A DNA stretch of 64,000 bases, from NCBI RefSeq assembly GCF_009914755.1, contig NC_060937.1. One strand, given 5' to 3'. The stretch is from the human T2T-CHM13v2.0 reference genome, Homo sapiens. The notes below the pieces were generated by a model. The model did not search any database and was not told the DNA's origin. It saw only the letters and a list, made by a program, of their open reading frames with translations. This document shows, piece by piece, positions 29,965 through 43,890 of the stretch. The translations under genes were made by a program, and so were the position numbers. Position 1 is the stretch's first letter. Each line of letters starts with the position of its first letter.

Positions 29965-30877
29965 CTACTGATTTATGCACTCATATTTCTATGTATAATC
30001 AAAAGAACAGGAAGTTTGTCACTTATTTTTCTAAAGTCACATTAGACTTCTATCTGGTCTCCTAGACCTGTGGTGAGGCCAACTCATTCTAAAGTCCTTT
30101 CATTGAGAGCATATCAGAAAAGCCAGACAGAAAGTTGTATATTGATTATTGTAGATTATCCATTCACTTGGAGCTAAAAGTAGTTATTGCTTATATTTGT
30201 TTTAGGCTCCTCAGAAACAGCTTTTAGGTAGACATCATTAACAGTCACATCATTTTTAAATATGAAGGTTTGCAAGCTAAATACAAGGTCCAGAATTAAA
30301 TGTAGGCAAGAATGAATTCAACACAAGATATGGAGATGCGTAGGGATGAATAACATTGTAAGCCTTTTAAAGCCCTTCTTTATTTCAGTTAATGACCAAT
30401 GCTTGGGTTTCTAAGTGTATTGAAAAATAAAGAAAGGTTGAGTGGGGCTTATCAACTAAGAAAAACAAGTTCATGCATTGAATTTTGTGCCATCTTAAAT
30501 GCAAGTGATTATTAAAGCAGCTATGACTGAAAGGCCATACCATCGCATGGCACATGACTGTGATTGAGTCTGCACAGTCTCTGTAGCCCTCCCATTGATT
30601 TTCTTCAGTCATCTCACAGTGGATGATTTCTGTTTGGCCTACTACTTGCTAATTATTTATGAATTTCTGCTGTTATTGCTACCATTTGTTTAATGGAATC
30701 TACACAGTGGAGAGATTTTGCGCTGTTTATCATAGTACTCTGAATTGTAAATAATGGATTCAGAGAAGAAAAATATCACATGTTTTGAAGTGAGCATATG
30801 AACTGCCTCATTTGAAGATACGATTTAATATAATGAAGCAACTGGGAGAATCAAAATGAATCAGAAGTAGATAGATT

Positions 30878-30880
<3 letters not shown>

Positions 30881-30909
<29 letters not shown>
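30881..30909. repeat. (GT)14 microsatellite
   Basis: Direct reading. Confidence 0.98.
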
Positions 30910-30913
<4 letters not shown>

Positions 30914-31534
30914 AACCAGAAAAGCTTAGAAGATACTTTGGGTGACAGTAATAAGTATATGAGAAGAAACTGTAGCATAAATATAATGGCAGAAAGTTAA
31001 ATGTTTCTAATATGTCTACCTGGTTGAAATCATAATAGAGATTCCACCTAGTATACTGAATTATATCTCTAAGGGACTACTGCAAAAGATAAGGACAGTT
31101 TCTGTCAGAGCAGACAGTCATTTGATGCGATCTTTTCTCTTCTTCCAAAATAACTGCCAAAGGAAAAGTGAAGGGAGCTCACTTCTGGCACTAGCTGATG
31201 GTGATATTACCCATGAGAGCTAATCCTGCCAGAAATTTGCTCTGATCCCAATATTCACAGCTATATACTCCTCTGTATCTAATCAAAAGAATTTCCCTTA
31301 TCAACTCCTTTCTTAGGCACAATGTTTACTGTTCTTTCCAACGTTAAGCATTGAATGTCTCTTTACTACCTTGATGCTCTATCAGATATCATTGCAATTT
31401 CTATAATATAATCTCCAACTTCTCACTGTTCACTACCCCTTGATTACATAAACATGTTCAAGTATCTCCTGTCTTAAATGTTACTGTAGAACACAGAAAA
31501 CCTTCCTTGACTTCATGCTCCCCATCATATAATA

Positions 31535-32538
31535 TTCATCCATTTGTTCTTTTATTCAACAAACTTTGTTTTGCAAACCTATTGTGGTCCAGGTATTGTT
31601 CCACAGTATGGAATTATAGACATATAGAACAATAAACATGCAAATATTGCAAGAAAGTGGAAGGTAATTAACAGCAATAAGAAAAATATGATAAATGTTG
31701 ACAGAAAGGCCAATTAGGTCGTCAGTGAATGAGAATTAATGCTAACAAATTTGTGCTTTCATAACCTGAGGTCAGAGTGCTCCTGGCACTCACTAACTCC
31801 ATAGATAGTGTCATGACCCCCAACTCCAAAAGGAATTTTGACATATTTGAAAAACAGAAATAAGTCCAGTGTGGGTGAAAGATGTGTGTAATGGGGTACA
31901 TGAGAAAAGTCAGACAGGAGAGCAGGAGCCAGATCACACAGGACCTTGTAAGGTAGGACCTTAAAGGGTAGGGAATGTTGCTTTTATTTTAAGTAAAAAT
32001 GGGAAGACATAGAAGGATTTTAAAGAAGAAATGCAGATGACCTAATCAGACCTTTTAGCCATGACTTAGGATGTTTTAGGGGGATGGATACCAAGGAAAG
32101 AATAGAAACAGGAAAACCAATTAGAAGACTTCAGAGGTTTTAGGAGACTAGAGATAATATTTATATTATTTTTATTATTAAAGTAAGTATAGACAAGTGA
32201 AAGATTTGAAATGTGTTTTAGGTTTAAAATTATCAAGATATCTTGAAGAGCTTGGTATTAAATATAATGGAAATCTAGGAAGTTAAGTATAACCTTAAAC
32301 TGTTAGTTTGAGTAACTGGGTACATATTAATAACTGTGCTTGTGACGGAGATGCAAAAGTACAGATGAGGAACAAGTGTAAGAAAGAATCAAGAGATGTG
32401 TTCACTCATGCTTGCTAAATTTAAGGCAATATAATTCTGGAATTTGAGTGAGTGGTCAGGGCTGGACTTACAAATTTAGAGTAAATATTTAAACCTAAAG
32501 ATCCCACAATATGAGATTCTGTAGGAAAAGAAAGAAAA

Positions 32539-32602
<64 letters not shown>

Positions 32603-32610
32603 GAAAGAAA

Positions 32611-32701
<91 letters not shown>

Positions 32702-33070
32702 AAAAGATCAACAGGCAAAGAGAGCCCAAAGTAGAACTCTGGGACCTACCATATTTATGCGTCCAACAGAGGAGGAAAAGGCAAGCAGCATGAAAAAATT
32801 TTAGAAGTGGTATCATAGAAGAGCAGAGTATGGTTAATAGCCAAAACTGTCAATCATGTTGGATGCTGCTAAGAGGACAAGTAAAATAGGGGGTAAGGTG
32901 TGGCTGTTGCATTTGGAAAAACAAAGGTCACCGGTGAGCTTGAGAAGAGTAAAATCACGGCAGTAATGGATAGGTAATGTCAGGTAGAGTGAGTACAAAA
33001 AAACTGGGAGGGAAGAAGGAGGTGGAGATGGTTATTACAACTCTCTTATTAAATTTTGCTGTGAAGAAAA
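31535..33070 (-). mobile_element. Long L2 fragment interrupted by a (GAAA)n STR
   Basis: ATTCAACAAAC...; GGAGCCAGATCACACAGGACCTTGTAAG; GTGGTCAGGGCTGGA; GATGCTGCTAAGAGGACAAGTAAAATAG typical of antisense L2. Confidence 0.75.
32525..32706. repeat. Compound (GAAA)n tetranucleotide STR, ~180 bp all-purine
   Basis: Direct reading; GAGAAA/GAAGAAA interruptions. Confidence 0.98.
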
Positions 33071-35221
33071 CAGCTTAGTTTATAAAGCTGCTATCTCAAT
33101 ATCAGTATTTTCAATAGAACTTATTGCAACCACTTCCACTAAGACACTTTCGAACAGCCTTTAAATGCATTACTTTCATGAGCTTAAATACTAAATTTTT
33201 CTTAACTTTGATTCATTAGGTTTAGATTAGTTTCTATAACACAGAGAAAATTACTAATTTCAAGCTACAAATAGATAAGAAAAATACTGGTTAAAGAAAA
33301 TATTTAAGTGTGACTTAGTTGTGATATAAAAGCTATTTTCCCCTGAATTTAATGAAAATAGTTAAACTATCATTAGGTAGTTACCCACCACTATTCCAAT
33401 GTTGATTCATTCAATAATAATTTTGAGCATAAAAATTGAATTTTTATTGTCACCGTAATGTGAAACTTAGGAAAAAAATGATTGAAATATCTGTCTATTC
33501 CAAAAATGCTAATCACTAGAGAATTGAAACCTAAAATATCCAATAAAGGCAGTCTCTGTGCTCAATAGTGCCAATTTTGAGCTTCTGCAAAAACTGTAAA
33601 ATACTGTACATTTTAGTATGGGAATGCTGTACTAAATCTGCTACCCGTTATTTCTATTTCTGATTGTCTTAATTTTCCAGGAATTATTAACATTTGGCTG
33701 CATTTTTATAAACTTTAAAAAAGAGGATTTTGGCCATGCAGGTCCTTTTGACTAATGTAAGTCATGCCAATCAGAATAAAAATTGGCTTAGCTTACAGAG
33801 TTATTTTATGAAAGAAGCCTTGTAGAACCCTGTGATAAGTCAATTTTTATGACATTCCTTCTAGAATTTAACTACAGAGTGTTCTTTTTTTATTATGGGA
33901 TACAATTTATATTAATGTCTAGTATCTCTGTCTCTAAATGATAAGGTATGTATTGGAATTAAGCTTTTCAGGACCTATCAAAATTTAAGTGATTTATATA
34001 AATAGTATATTTCTTGATGAAGTGATCTATTAAAATCTTAAATTAACTCACTGTCTTCAATAAATGCCTAATAGATGTTCTAAGGAAAGGAACTTTTGGA
34101 CTGTAACATGAATTTTAAATTTAATTTAATAAGGTAAATGTTCAAGTGTTAAGTGTTCTTTAAGCAGAAGCAGTTTAAAAATTGAGTTCTATTTTAGTAG
34201 TGCTTTAAATATGTCATTAAAATAATTCTTTCTTAATAGGGTACCCATATTTTATAAAATTTTTATAAAATAGGGTTAGACTATTTTCTTGAAATAAATA
34301 GGCACTTATTAATGATCATAAAGCTTACAACTTATGTCTTTTGCAGGATAAGAACTGTGAAAATCTAATGAAGTAAATTTTAGCTAAAGTAAGATGTACT
34401 GCATTATTACTGCACCAGTGTCAATCCATTTTACATTGGAAAAAAAGATAATTATTATCTGCCAATTATATTTGCATGCTCTCTTTAAGGTAGAACATTT
34501 AAGACTGAATCTTGCTTTTTAGAATACTTCATAAAAAAACAAGAGTTCAAAATATTGTGTTGTTAATTGAAAAGATATGTAATGCAGATTAGGATATTTT
34601 AACAAACAGTTAAAATTTTGCCTTCCTGCCCAATATTTTAAAATTCTCAGTGCAAAGGGCCTCAAATCAATAATTTGCATGAATTCAATATGGCAATTAG
34701 GATGAGTCTTAAAGACATTGAATCTATGAAAATAAAACAGCCTTCACCTTAAGATTTATTGAAGATTTTACATTGTACAAAGCAAACAAATGAACTCCAA
34801 TACCAAGATACACAAAAAGATATTATGGAATATTATTTAAGGTCTTATAATAAACATATTTTTACATATCAAATCTCCAGTAATTGAAGAATTAATGATC
34901 AAATCAGCAACACACATAATGACATAAGCTACAAAAATACCTTAAAGAATAGTAACTGTCTTTAGGTGGCTTAATCTAATATAGTAATGTAACCAGCTGG
35001 CAAGTAACCTGCTATTTAGCTGCTCTGCCCACTCCAACCTCCAGAATTCTGATCACAGTTCTCAGCTGGACTTACATCATTTAAATATTCTTCCTAAACT
35101 ATATAAGAAAACACTTTTAACCTAGAATTTTACAAATACAACACAAATATTAAGAAAAATTATGATCACACCATAGAACTAGTCATATTAAGCACTAAAA
35201 TTAACAACACGTTATAAATAT

Positions 35222-35535
35222 GGCTGGGCATGATGGCTCTCAGCTGTAATCACAGCAGTTTGGGAGGCCGAGGCGGGGGCATCACTTGAGCTCATGAGTT
35301 CAAGACCAACCTGGGCAACATGGAAGAACCCCGTCTCTACTATAAATTTAAAAAATTAGCCCAGCGTGGTAGTGCGCCCCTGTAGTCCCAGCTACTCTGG
35401 GGGCTGAGGCGGGGGAGGATGGCTTGAGCCCAGGAGGTAGTTGCAGTGAGCTCTCATCGTGCCACTGCACCCCAGCCTGGGCGGCAGAGCAAAACCCTGT
35501 CTCACAACAAAAAACCCAGAACAAAACAACAAAAT
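35222..35535 (+). mobile_element. AluJ
   Basis: GGCTGGGC...CACTTGAGCTCATGAGTTCAAGACCAACCTGGGCAACATGG...GGATGGCTTGAGCCCAGGAGG, AluJ diagnostics; decayed A tail. Confidence 0.93.
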
Positions 35536-35694
35536 AATAATATGCAGCATTGTCCTAAGCATCGTATCAAATTTCTCATTACTGGAGAATTTATAGAACA
35601 CTTACAGATTTTAGACTGGGATGTGAGCTATTATATAATAAAACACACAATGAAATCTTAGGAGCTTCCATGTTAAAAAGTGCTACTTTTTTCA

Positions 35695-36075
35695 TCACGC
35701 ATTAGTTCAATTTAGAGCATATGGATTAGGGTCAGGGTGGAGGGGAGGGCTCAGCTCTCTGCATTTATTCAAGGACACATGTAGTGCCACTGCCATCCAC
35801 CCACTAAAGCCTCAGAGTTCCCCACTGTATTTTGTCAGTGCAGCCAGTTGGAGGCAAGAAAAAAGAGAAAACATGAAGAATGGCATTGAAGTTTTTTTGT
35901 TTTGTTTTTATTTTTTTTTCCATATCTGAAAGTAGAATACGTACTTCCAGCCAATTATATTGGTTAGAACTCCCTCCTGTGGCTTCAGACAAGTACACAG
36001 AAGCCTGGGAAATGCAGTCTACTTGTGTACCGAAGAGGAAAAGGGTTTGATAGGCCCAAGGCATTATCTCTAACA
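35695..36075 (-). mobile_element. MLT1J-like MaLR LTR
   Basis: Minus strand TGTTAGAGA...AGACTGCATTTCCCAGGCTTC...GAGTTCTAACCAAT...GGAAGT resembles the MLT1J 5' end. Confidence 0.65.
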
Positions 36076-36199
36076 TTCAAGGTTTCCAATTTAAGTAAAA
36101 TATTTGGGTTGAGTTCTTTATTTTTCCTATGTCAACACCATTTTCACACCCTCACGTGTGAATAAATGCCTTCCACCATACCTTCTTAAGAACTCATAC

Positions 36200-36450
36200 T
36201 TGTGCACATTTCTGTATGTCTCTCCTACTGCTACCTTATTTCAGGTTCTTACTCTTTCTAATTGAGATTGGTGAATCATTACATAAATGACGATCTTCCT
36301 CTGAATGCTTTCCAGGGATCTCCATATAGAGTCCCAAGTGATCTTTTGAAAAGCACACATGATCCTGTCACTTTCTGCTTAAATCCTTCAGTAGTTACGT
36401 TCCTCTATAGCAAAAGCCCGAATACTGAGCAGGTAATATAAATACCTAAA
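36200..36450 (+). mobile_element. L2 fragment
   Basis: AGTGATCTTTTGAAAAGCACACATGATCCTGTCACTTTCTGCTTAAATCCTTCAGT. Confidence 0.6.
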
Positions 36451-36796
36451 TCCTTAGCACAATATGACAGAAATTGAAGTTTCTAATATCAAGGCTTTCA
36501 TTATGATTGTAGAATCTTTCTGGTTGTACCACATCTTAGATGTTGAAACTTGGCAGATTTTTTTCTGAAGCCAAAGCCTATATTCTTTTTCTACTCTGAC
36601 AGTTGATAAGTTAATGTGAGCCATCCATAATCTCACTGATCTCAAGCAATCATACCCATGTAATAAAATATTAATATTAGGTAAGAATATTGTCACAACA
36701 GAGATTTTGGCTATCTAAAACTGAATAATACATGCTTGAATATTGAATAGATCACTAGTTTTAGGATATACTACTTTTACTGGATTGCTACAATGA

Positions 36797-36992
36797 ATAT
36801 ATATATTTAAAATATATAGAGAGAAATATGAAAAAATATATTTCATTGTATGCAATCCAGTAAAACTAATACACTAAATATACATATTTCTGTATATATA
36901 TTCATATAAAGAGATATATGTTTATACAGATATATATGTATACATATGCATCTTTTTATATATAAAGATACATACAGTATGTGTCTGTATAA
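36797..36992. repeat. TA-rich low-complexity region
   Basis: Degenerate (TA)n/(TATACA) runs. Confidence 0.6.
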
Positions 36993-37689
36993 ACAGATTA
37001 AATCTTATGATCACCTTCATCAGATCTTGCCAGAAATGAGTTCCCCACACCACATGCTCTGCCTTGCTTCAGTTCAAAAACCATTCCTCAAACTCTTCTG
37101 CTCCTATTCCATAGGATTCCATTGCCTCTGTTGACAACGAAGACTGATATTCTATGCGTACTGATCTCCACTGTCAGTGATCAGGGCCGGTGCCGTCTCT
37201 CTGGTTTCCTGAGGGAAGGATATACTACCATTTTTATATAATGTTTTTGTCATGAATTATGTTGTCCTAAGGGTAGGAGTAATATGGTTATCATTTCACA
37301 CAGTCCAACTGAGATCAGTTTGACATTTTTCATTTAAAAGTAATCAAATTTGGACATTGGATAGTACAGTGTCATTAAGTTACCTGTTAACTCTTGCACC
37401 TCCCCAGATGCACTTTAGAGAATTTTATATGGTTGCTTCTTTTTCTCACCCTGGGGCTACTTCCAATTAAAGGCAGGTGGCTCATCCCTTATATCCATAT
37501 CTCCAGCCTGCAAATAAAAATCTATCACTGACTTCCACAGAAAAGAGGAAGTTTCTATTGCCCTGTTTCTTAAGTCCCCATTTAATTCCTCAGAAGTGAC
37601 ACAAATGACAATTTCTTTTAGGGAAAAATCCCTATCCACAGGGCTGCAGTTTAGCTCTTTGACCTCAGTAAGACAATCATACACATAAC

Positions 37690-37860
37690 TCAAACATTCA
37701 TTCATTAATTCAATATATATATTATATACCAACTGTGAACTAGACATTGATGATTATTAAAATCGTGAAAACAAGCTAATCTCATTGAACTTACTTTCTA
37801 GGAGGAGTAGATGATCATAAATAAAAATATTTCATGCAGTAGATTTCAATGAAAGACAAA
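37690..37860 (-). mobile_element. L2 3' fragment
   Basis: CATTCATTCATTAATTCAA...CATTGAACTTACTTTCTAG. Confidence 0.55.
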
Positions 37861-39427
37861 AGATGATGTAAGTGGCTTATAATTTATGGAACAGCCAAAA
37901 TAGTATAATATCCAAATGTAGGTTACTAAATCCCAAAGAAATACAAAACACTGTATGTGACACCAAATAGGATTGCTGCAAGCTGGCACCAATTCTTTTT
38001 TTCACTTATCAGAGGATCCCCCAAAAGACTGAAGTCTAATCTCTTTCCTTTTCATTTTATAATCTCTAAATCTGGCTTATTCAGGGATTTGTAAAATTAT
38101 GGTAACATAGCATGAACTATATGAAGACTTAGTTATTTTCACTGGGGTTTCAGGTCCAAACCTCTCCATTGCTTATTCATATTTTCAAGAGTGGTTATTT
38201 AACATTCTTATTTCACTTTCCTTCAGGGCCCAATACACTAATTTATTTGTAAAACAGAACATCTTTTGCAAAATGAAAGAACATATAACAAACAGAGTTA
38301 TAAACAGTCAAAACAATGTGGGTTTAGGTAGATCCTAAGTGGCAGTTTTATTAAGCTGACATTTTTTTAAACTGTTATTATTAATTTGGCAAGTACTAAC
38401 ATAATCCTTTCTATATGACAGTCTCATTTTATGACAAATTACAGAATAATTATTATTGCTTTATGGAAAAAATATATTCTTCAGTATAAATGCAGTTTTA
38501 AAAAGTTGGTTCATTTCTTCTTGATATTTATTATAGGAATTTATTTCAAATTTTATTACAGAATCCAATGGGAAAAACAATTTAATATGCAACCATTTAC
38601 CTTAAAAGTACTTTTTAAATAAAATATGTATGGTGAAAATACATGTACAAATGTAAACTTAACTTCCACTTTTATTTTACTTCACTGTATGTTCTCATAC
38701 TGTAGGTTTTGTATGTTCATCTGTTTTCTTTGAGCTAGCAAGCATATCTTGATAAATTGTGAAATGCCCCTTCAATTCTTTACTTTTTTCCTAAATCTTC
38801 TAATTCTTTCTTCATTAACATTACCATCAGAACATTTCTTTATAATGGGAATATTCATTTACTTGTGTTATTATTGTGTCTAAACATTGTATTGAAGGAA
38901 AGAAGCTAACATATTATGCTGAAACCCGTATAATATAGCTTTGGATATTAAATATAAGCATGTTTTTTTACATAAGAGTGAGTTTTGGTACCTAAAACAG
39001 GTATCTCCTCAGCCCCATGTCTTGGTTTAACACATACTCGGCAGAAACTCAAGCCCCATAGCGTTAAATAGAGGGTAAGTGTATGTTTGAAAAGATCTCA
39101 TTGGTAGGTTTTCATCAGAAGAAATACATTCTGGTATCAAAGCCATTGCTTTGTGAGAGCAAAAGGACTAGACAGAGGAAAGTAAGATTAATGGGAATTC
39201 ATGATGGCGGGCTCAACTTTTTTATTTCCTTCCTTTTTATTATAGGAACCACATCTTTTTCAGGGTCCTTGGAGAATATTTAAGATTGGAACTGTTTACA
39301 TTATTAATAAAACTTTCACACAAGTTAGATTTGCAATTCATAAACCTAACTAAAAGTGTGAATTTTCTTCATAACAAAGCCTTTTCCTCCAATACTACTT
39401 GGGCGCTGATACTAAATGACAGAAAGA

Positions 39428-39710
39428 GACCTGATGAGGTGGCTCATGCCTATCATCCCAGCACTTTGGGAAGCTTAAGTGAGAAGATCACTTGAGCCCA
39501 TTAGATCAAGACCAGCCTGGGCAATATAGTGAGATTTTATCTCTATAAAAAAGTTTTAAAAAAATAGCTGAGCAGAGTGCCACTCTGTTGTCCCAGCTAC
39601 TTGGGAGGTTGAGATAGGATGGTCGCTTGAGCCTGGGAGGAAAAGGTTGCAGTGAACATGCCACTGCACTCCAGCCTGGGTGACAGAGTGCAACTCTGTC
39701 TCCAATAAAT
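39428..39710 (+). mobile_element. AluJ
   Basis: GGTGGCTCATGCC...GATCACTTGAGCCC...CCTGGGCAATATAGTGAGA...GGATGGTCGCTTGAGCCTGGGAGG; candidate TSD core ATGACAGAA on both sides. Confidence 0.92.
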
Positions 39711-40439
39711 AGATGACAGAAGTCAAGTTCCTTAAAATATAGTTGTGTCCTATACAACTTTTTTCCTTTCTCAAGGCCTTTCACCTTGGAAGAATATACT
39801 TCTGCACCAAGTAAGAACAGCGACAAAACAGTTGGGCAAAGGAGGTTGATGGCATGTAATCATGTATTTTATATGTGTTCTGCCTCATAACAGTAACTTC
39901 CTAGACAGCATTTTTCAAACATAACATTCTACATGTATTTCACAGCATTTAATGGAAGGCAGAATCATTACCAGATTTTTTAGGTAGAAAATGGAATTTT
40001 TAGTAAGGTGGGAAAATTCCCTGGACCTTTACTGCAAAATATTAATTCAAGTAGCTTTTACTGAGTATTTCATATATGGAAAAATATAAGATTGTGTGAT
40101 ATTTTCTCTTTACTCAAAAAGCTTACAAGTAGTAGAGGAAACAAAATATGAATTAAGCAGTAAAATGAAATGGTATCAAATTAAATTTTTAAAAGGATTA
40201 TGTATTAAGATATAAAACAATTCACGAATGGTACAAGATAAAAACAATATGTCAAAACATGTAGTACAAGAAATAATAGCTAGAGGAGGATAGGAAAGGA
40301 GAAACAAACACATCCAAAGGTTTAAGGAAGAAAGCCATATTAGTTTTCAGTTGTACTTCCAACGATACCTATGTAATCATTTCCTTGATCTTAGACTGAA
40401 TCTTTCTGTGCTCGATTCTGGCCCACAGAGTCAAATGAG

Positions 40440-40710
40440 GTATTATTAGAGTTCTAGTCAAAATTCATTAAATTGCAAAGAACGGGAACCCATTTAAATT
40501 AGGTTAGTTTCAGAGGGTTACTTTGAATAATTCTGGGAAATGTCACAGACTTCCATGGTCAGGAATGTGGCTGGGCTTCGTGGGGTAAGCCATGAAGACC
40601 TATGGTGCTGTGGCCTCTCCCTTTGTTGTTTCTTCTCTGAGTCCATATGTTTCTCATGTCTGCTTCATTCTACTCTTTGTTAATTAATCATTCTCTTCAG
40701 TTCATGCACA
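40440..40710. mobile_element. Old MaLR (MLT1-type) LTR fragment, host of the next LTR
   Basis: AATTGCAAAGAACGGGAACCCATTTAAATTAGGTTAG resembles MLT1K/L termini; degenerate. Confidence 0.4.
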
Positions 40711-41136
40711 CGCTACCAAAACACCAAGGGTTCCGTCTAGGTCTTCCTGCTTGCTGCGCAGAAAGGCAATCACTGAGACAGCAACTATTGCCAGGGAAGA
40801 GGCTTTCATCAGGCGCCGCAACCCAGGAGACTGGAGCTCAGCCTCAAATCCATCTCCCTGACTGACTAAAACTAGTGGTTTATATAGAGGGAAAGAAAAC
40901 AGGAACTAAGGGGGGGTCCAGAAGCAATCGTGATGAATGAGGGTTCTGGCATCTCATTGGAGGCAGTGATTTGGTGGGTTTCTGTTCTTTGACACTTTTT
41001 GAGAGGCCTCAGAATAAGTTCTTGAGGAAGGAACTCAAACAAATAGAAATTTTAAGCTTTAAGACTAGAATAGTCCATTTCTATGTTTATTAAAAAAAAA
41101 AAACAACCAGTCTGTGGGACTATTGGGTTGCTTTCA
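40711..41136 (-). mobile_element. MER4-group-like solo LTR (LTR47/LTR26-like)
   Basis: Minus strand starts TGAAAGCAACCCAATAGTCCCACAGAC...AAACATAGAAAT...CTTAAAGCTT; plus strand CAGAAAGGCAATCACTGAGAC...GCCTCAAATCCATCTCCCTGAC; TATA-like TATATAAA on the minus strand. Confidence 0.75.
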
Positions 41137-41759
41137 TATGATCCTCTTTGCCAATAACTTACTTTGCACATAGCTTTTATTTGCCTTAGAAATTTCATTC
41201 TAAGAAACACCACATTCCCTTGCACTTGTATATTAGAAATGGAAACAACAAGGCATGGATGTTGGAATATAGCAAGTTTGAGGACAATATAAAAACTCAC
41301 CTCAATGGAGTAGTGTGAGCATTGATAATCATGATTATCTTAATCAAAATATGTATTAAATTAAGATGCAAACATGAAAAACTGTTTGCAAAAATTAGAC
41401 AAGCAGCAGATATATTTAATAGTGAATTTTCAGGATATATTTTTCATGTAACATTAGCTTACCAGAAATATTAATAGTTATTATATGAAAAATGGATGAG
41501 TGTTACAATATATTTGGGTGTCTTTTACTAAGTAATGTTCAAGTTTATTTAATGTGCATCGTCTCTAAGCCTTTCGTACACCAATATGCGGTATTATTCT
41601 TCATGGCAGATAGTAGAATGCAACATTTTTAAAATCATTTGACTATAGTTCCCAACTATCCATGTCAGCTACATTTCCGATAGTATTCAGTTAATAGTTT
41701 TAATAAATACTGAATATATACACAGATATGTAAATATATGAGTGAAAGATGTATACCAA

Positions 41760-42400
41760 TAAAAAGTAGAAGAACCCAATGTTAATTCCATTACTAATAA
41801 AAGGGAAATAGATTTGAACAAGGTGCTAGTTTAATTAAATTAGCATACTTTTTGTTACAAAGATCAGAATATTCAGAGATAGGCCCTCTCACCTCTCCTG
41901 GATTGGAAAGCAGTCTGGTAATTTATACAGATGGCGCTGAGAAAATGTAAACCATTAGATTCCATAACCCCACTCTAGGTGTCCAGCCTGAGGGAAAAAC
42001 AAAATGAAAAGAAAGTTTATGAGCAAAGATTTTCATTTTGGTGTTGTTTATAATGACAAAAATCTGAAGCAAGTGTTCTCAGGTAGGGAAATTGTTAAAT
42101 TATGGCATATCTACAAATATAGCCTTGAGTAACCATGAATATCATGGTTTTTGGAGACTGATGATCTGGACAAAGTCTTTTGGTATAAATTTAATTCAAA
42201 AAGACCATAAAATTGTATATGTATTAATATCATAATTTTTTATACATTAATGATAGAAAAAAGAGTCAAATACAATATATCAAATTTTAATCTTTTATTT
42301 TTGTTATGCAGGCTTATTAGTGTATATGTCTGTCTAATTCTTTGTAAGTTTTGATCTCTTGGCATTTTTCAAATCTTCTGCTTTGTTCATATTTATCAAA
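41760..42400 (+). mobile_element. Ancient L1ME-like 3' fragment
   Basis: CCCACTCTAGGTGTCCAGCCTGAGG...GTGTTGTTTATAATGACAAAAAATCTGAA...GTTAAATTATGGCATATC. Confidence 0.5.
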
Positions 42401-43364
42401 GAAAATATGTAATGAGGTATGTTGCAGTTGTTAGCTCTGAAAAGGTTTATATCTCCTTGTTTTTAGCTTACAATTAAGGGGTATTCTAAGAACTGTTACC
42501 ACATTTAAAATTCCATATCTAAAGCAGTATGAAGAAAAGGTATTCATTTACATTATGTTTTAGCAACTCGTAAACAATCTTTTAAATGTAAATATCTGAA
42601 TGCATATTTCAAAGTTAAAAATTAAAGCATTTTTCAAGTGCAGATTTACAATAGTGTAGTTGGTATAAGCATCTGTGAAAGAAAATTTATCATGTCAGAA
42701 AATAATTGAAATTGTGACTGAAAGGTTCCTAAGAACAACTTTTTATCTGTGGCTTAAATAAATGCTTTCGATTTCAAAGGCAACTCTAACTGCACCATAT
42801 AGCTCAAGTGATCAGTAAAAGTAGACAACTGACTTCTTCAAGGAGTTTTAATTTTTATGTGATTTGATCAACTCACAGACTATAAATTCCACTGTCAGAG
42901 CTAAACATATGCACAGGCTTATCTGAATTCTTGTATTCCAGGTATTGAGTAAAATATGTTCATGTCACTAGCTTCTTTCAAGTAGTGTTTATCATCATCT
43001 CCCTGATTGCCTAATATAAGTTTACAACCAGTCTCCTAGGTGTACTAGTACATTACAGCTCTCCCACAGATATCATAAACAGCAACATCTTTGGTAATGA
43101 ATGTCAAAATCCTGCCAGCCTTAGAGTATATTATCCATCTCCCTGTCTCATTGCTGACATACCAAGTGAGAAGCTCATTCCAAGCTCCTTAGTCAAACAA
43201 ACCTTAAGATACAAAGTTGACGCTAGTTGCATGAGGAAGGCGTTTTATAAATCCAATCAATTATAAAGACACTGAATAAATCTCATCTTAATAGCATCAC
43301 TGTCTCAGTCTTTTTAATTTTTTTCTTAATGTGTCTCCTATTGTGGAAATTTTTGAAAGGGTGG

Positions 43365-43545
43365 GATTTTAAGGCTAGAAGGAACCTTAAAGATGCTGGT
43401 CTGAACATTTAATTTTTCATGTTAAGAAGCTTAAAGAAGAATGAGGTTAATACATTTCTTTAAAATTACACTGGAAGCTGGTGACCTATTTAGAACTACA
43501 ACTAAAGTGTTTTGACTCCCTGTCTGATGCTAGTTTCATTAGACC
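43365..43545 (-). mobile_element. MIR (MIRc/MIR3-like)
   Basis: AGGCTAGAAGGAACCTTAAAGAT...GAGGTTAA...TGACTCCCTGTCTGATGC. Confidence 0.55.
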
Positions 43546-43632
43546 AGGCTAACTCACCAAATAACTTGAAATTTTCCAAACTAGTCTGTTTAGAGTAACC
43601 ACATTTTGCGTATGTAAAAATGGATTATCTAT

Positions 43633-43890
43633 TCCTCGTCCTCCACTTCCGTTCCCTCTCCTCTTTTCCCCACCTGATCTTCCTTCTCTCCTCCCCTTTT
43701 CCTCCTTTTTCTTTCTTCCCTTCTCTTTCCTTCCTTTTATCTATCCCTTTCTACCTCCCTCCTTCCTGTCCTACTCTTTTCTTTCTGTCTCCTTTCTTTC
43801 CCTCTCTCTTACTTCACTCCTTCATTCCTTCTTCCCTACCTCTCTTCCTCCTTTTTCCCATTTCTTTTTTCTTTCTTTCTTTCTTTCTTT
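43633..43890. repeat. CT-rich low-complexity tract (continues 45275-45350 beyond the L1)
   Basis: Direct reading. Confidence 0.85.

Noticed and set aside
32421-32816. Long ORFs rich in F/L/S or K/E/R
   Set aside because: Translations of the (GAAA)n repeat.
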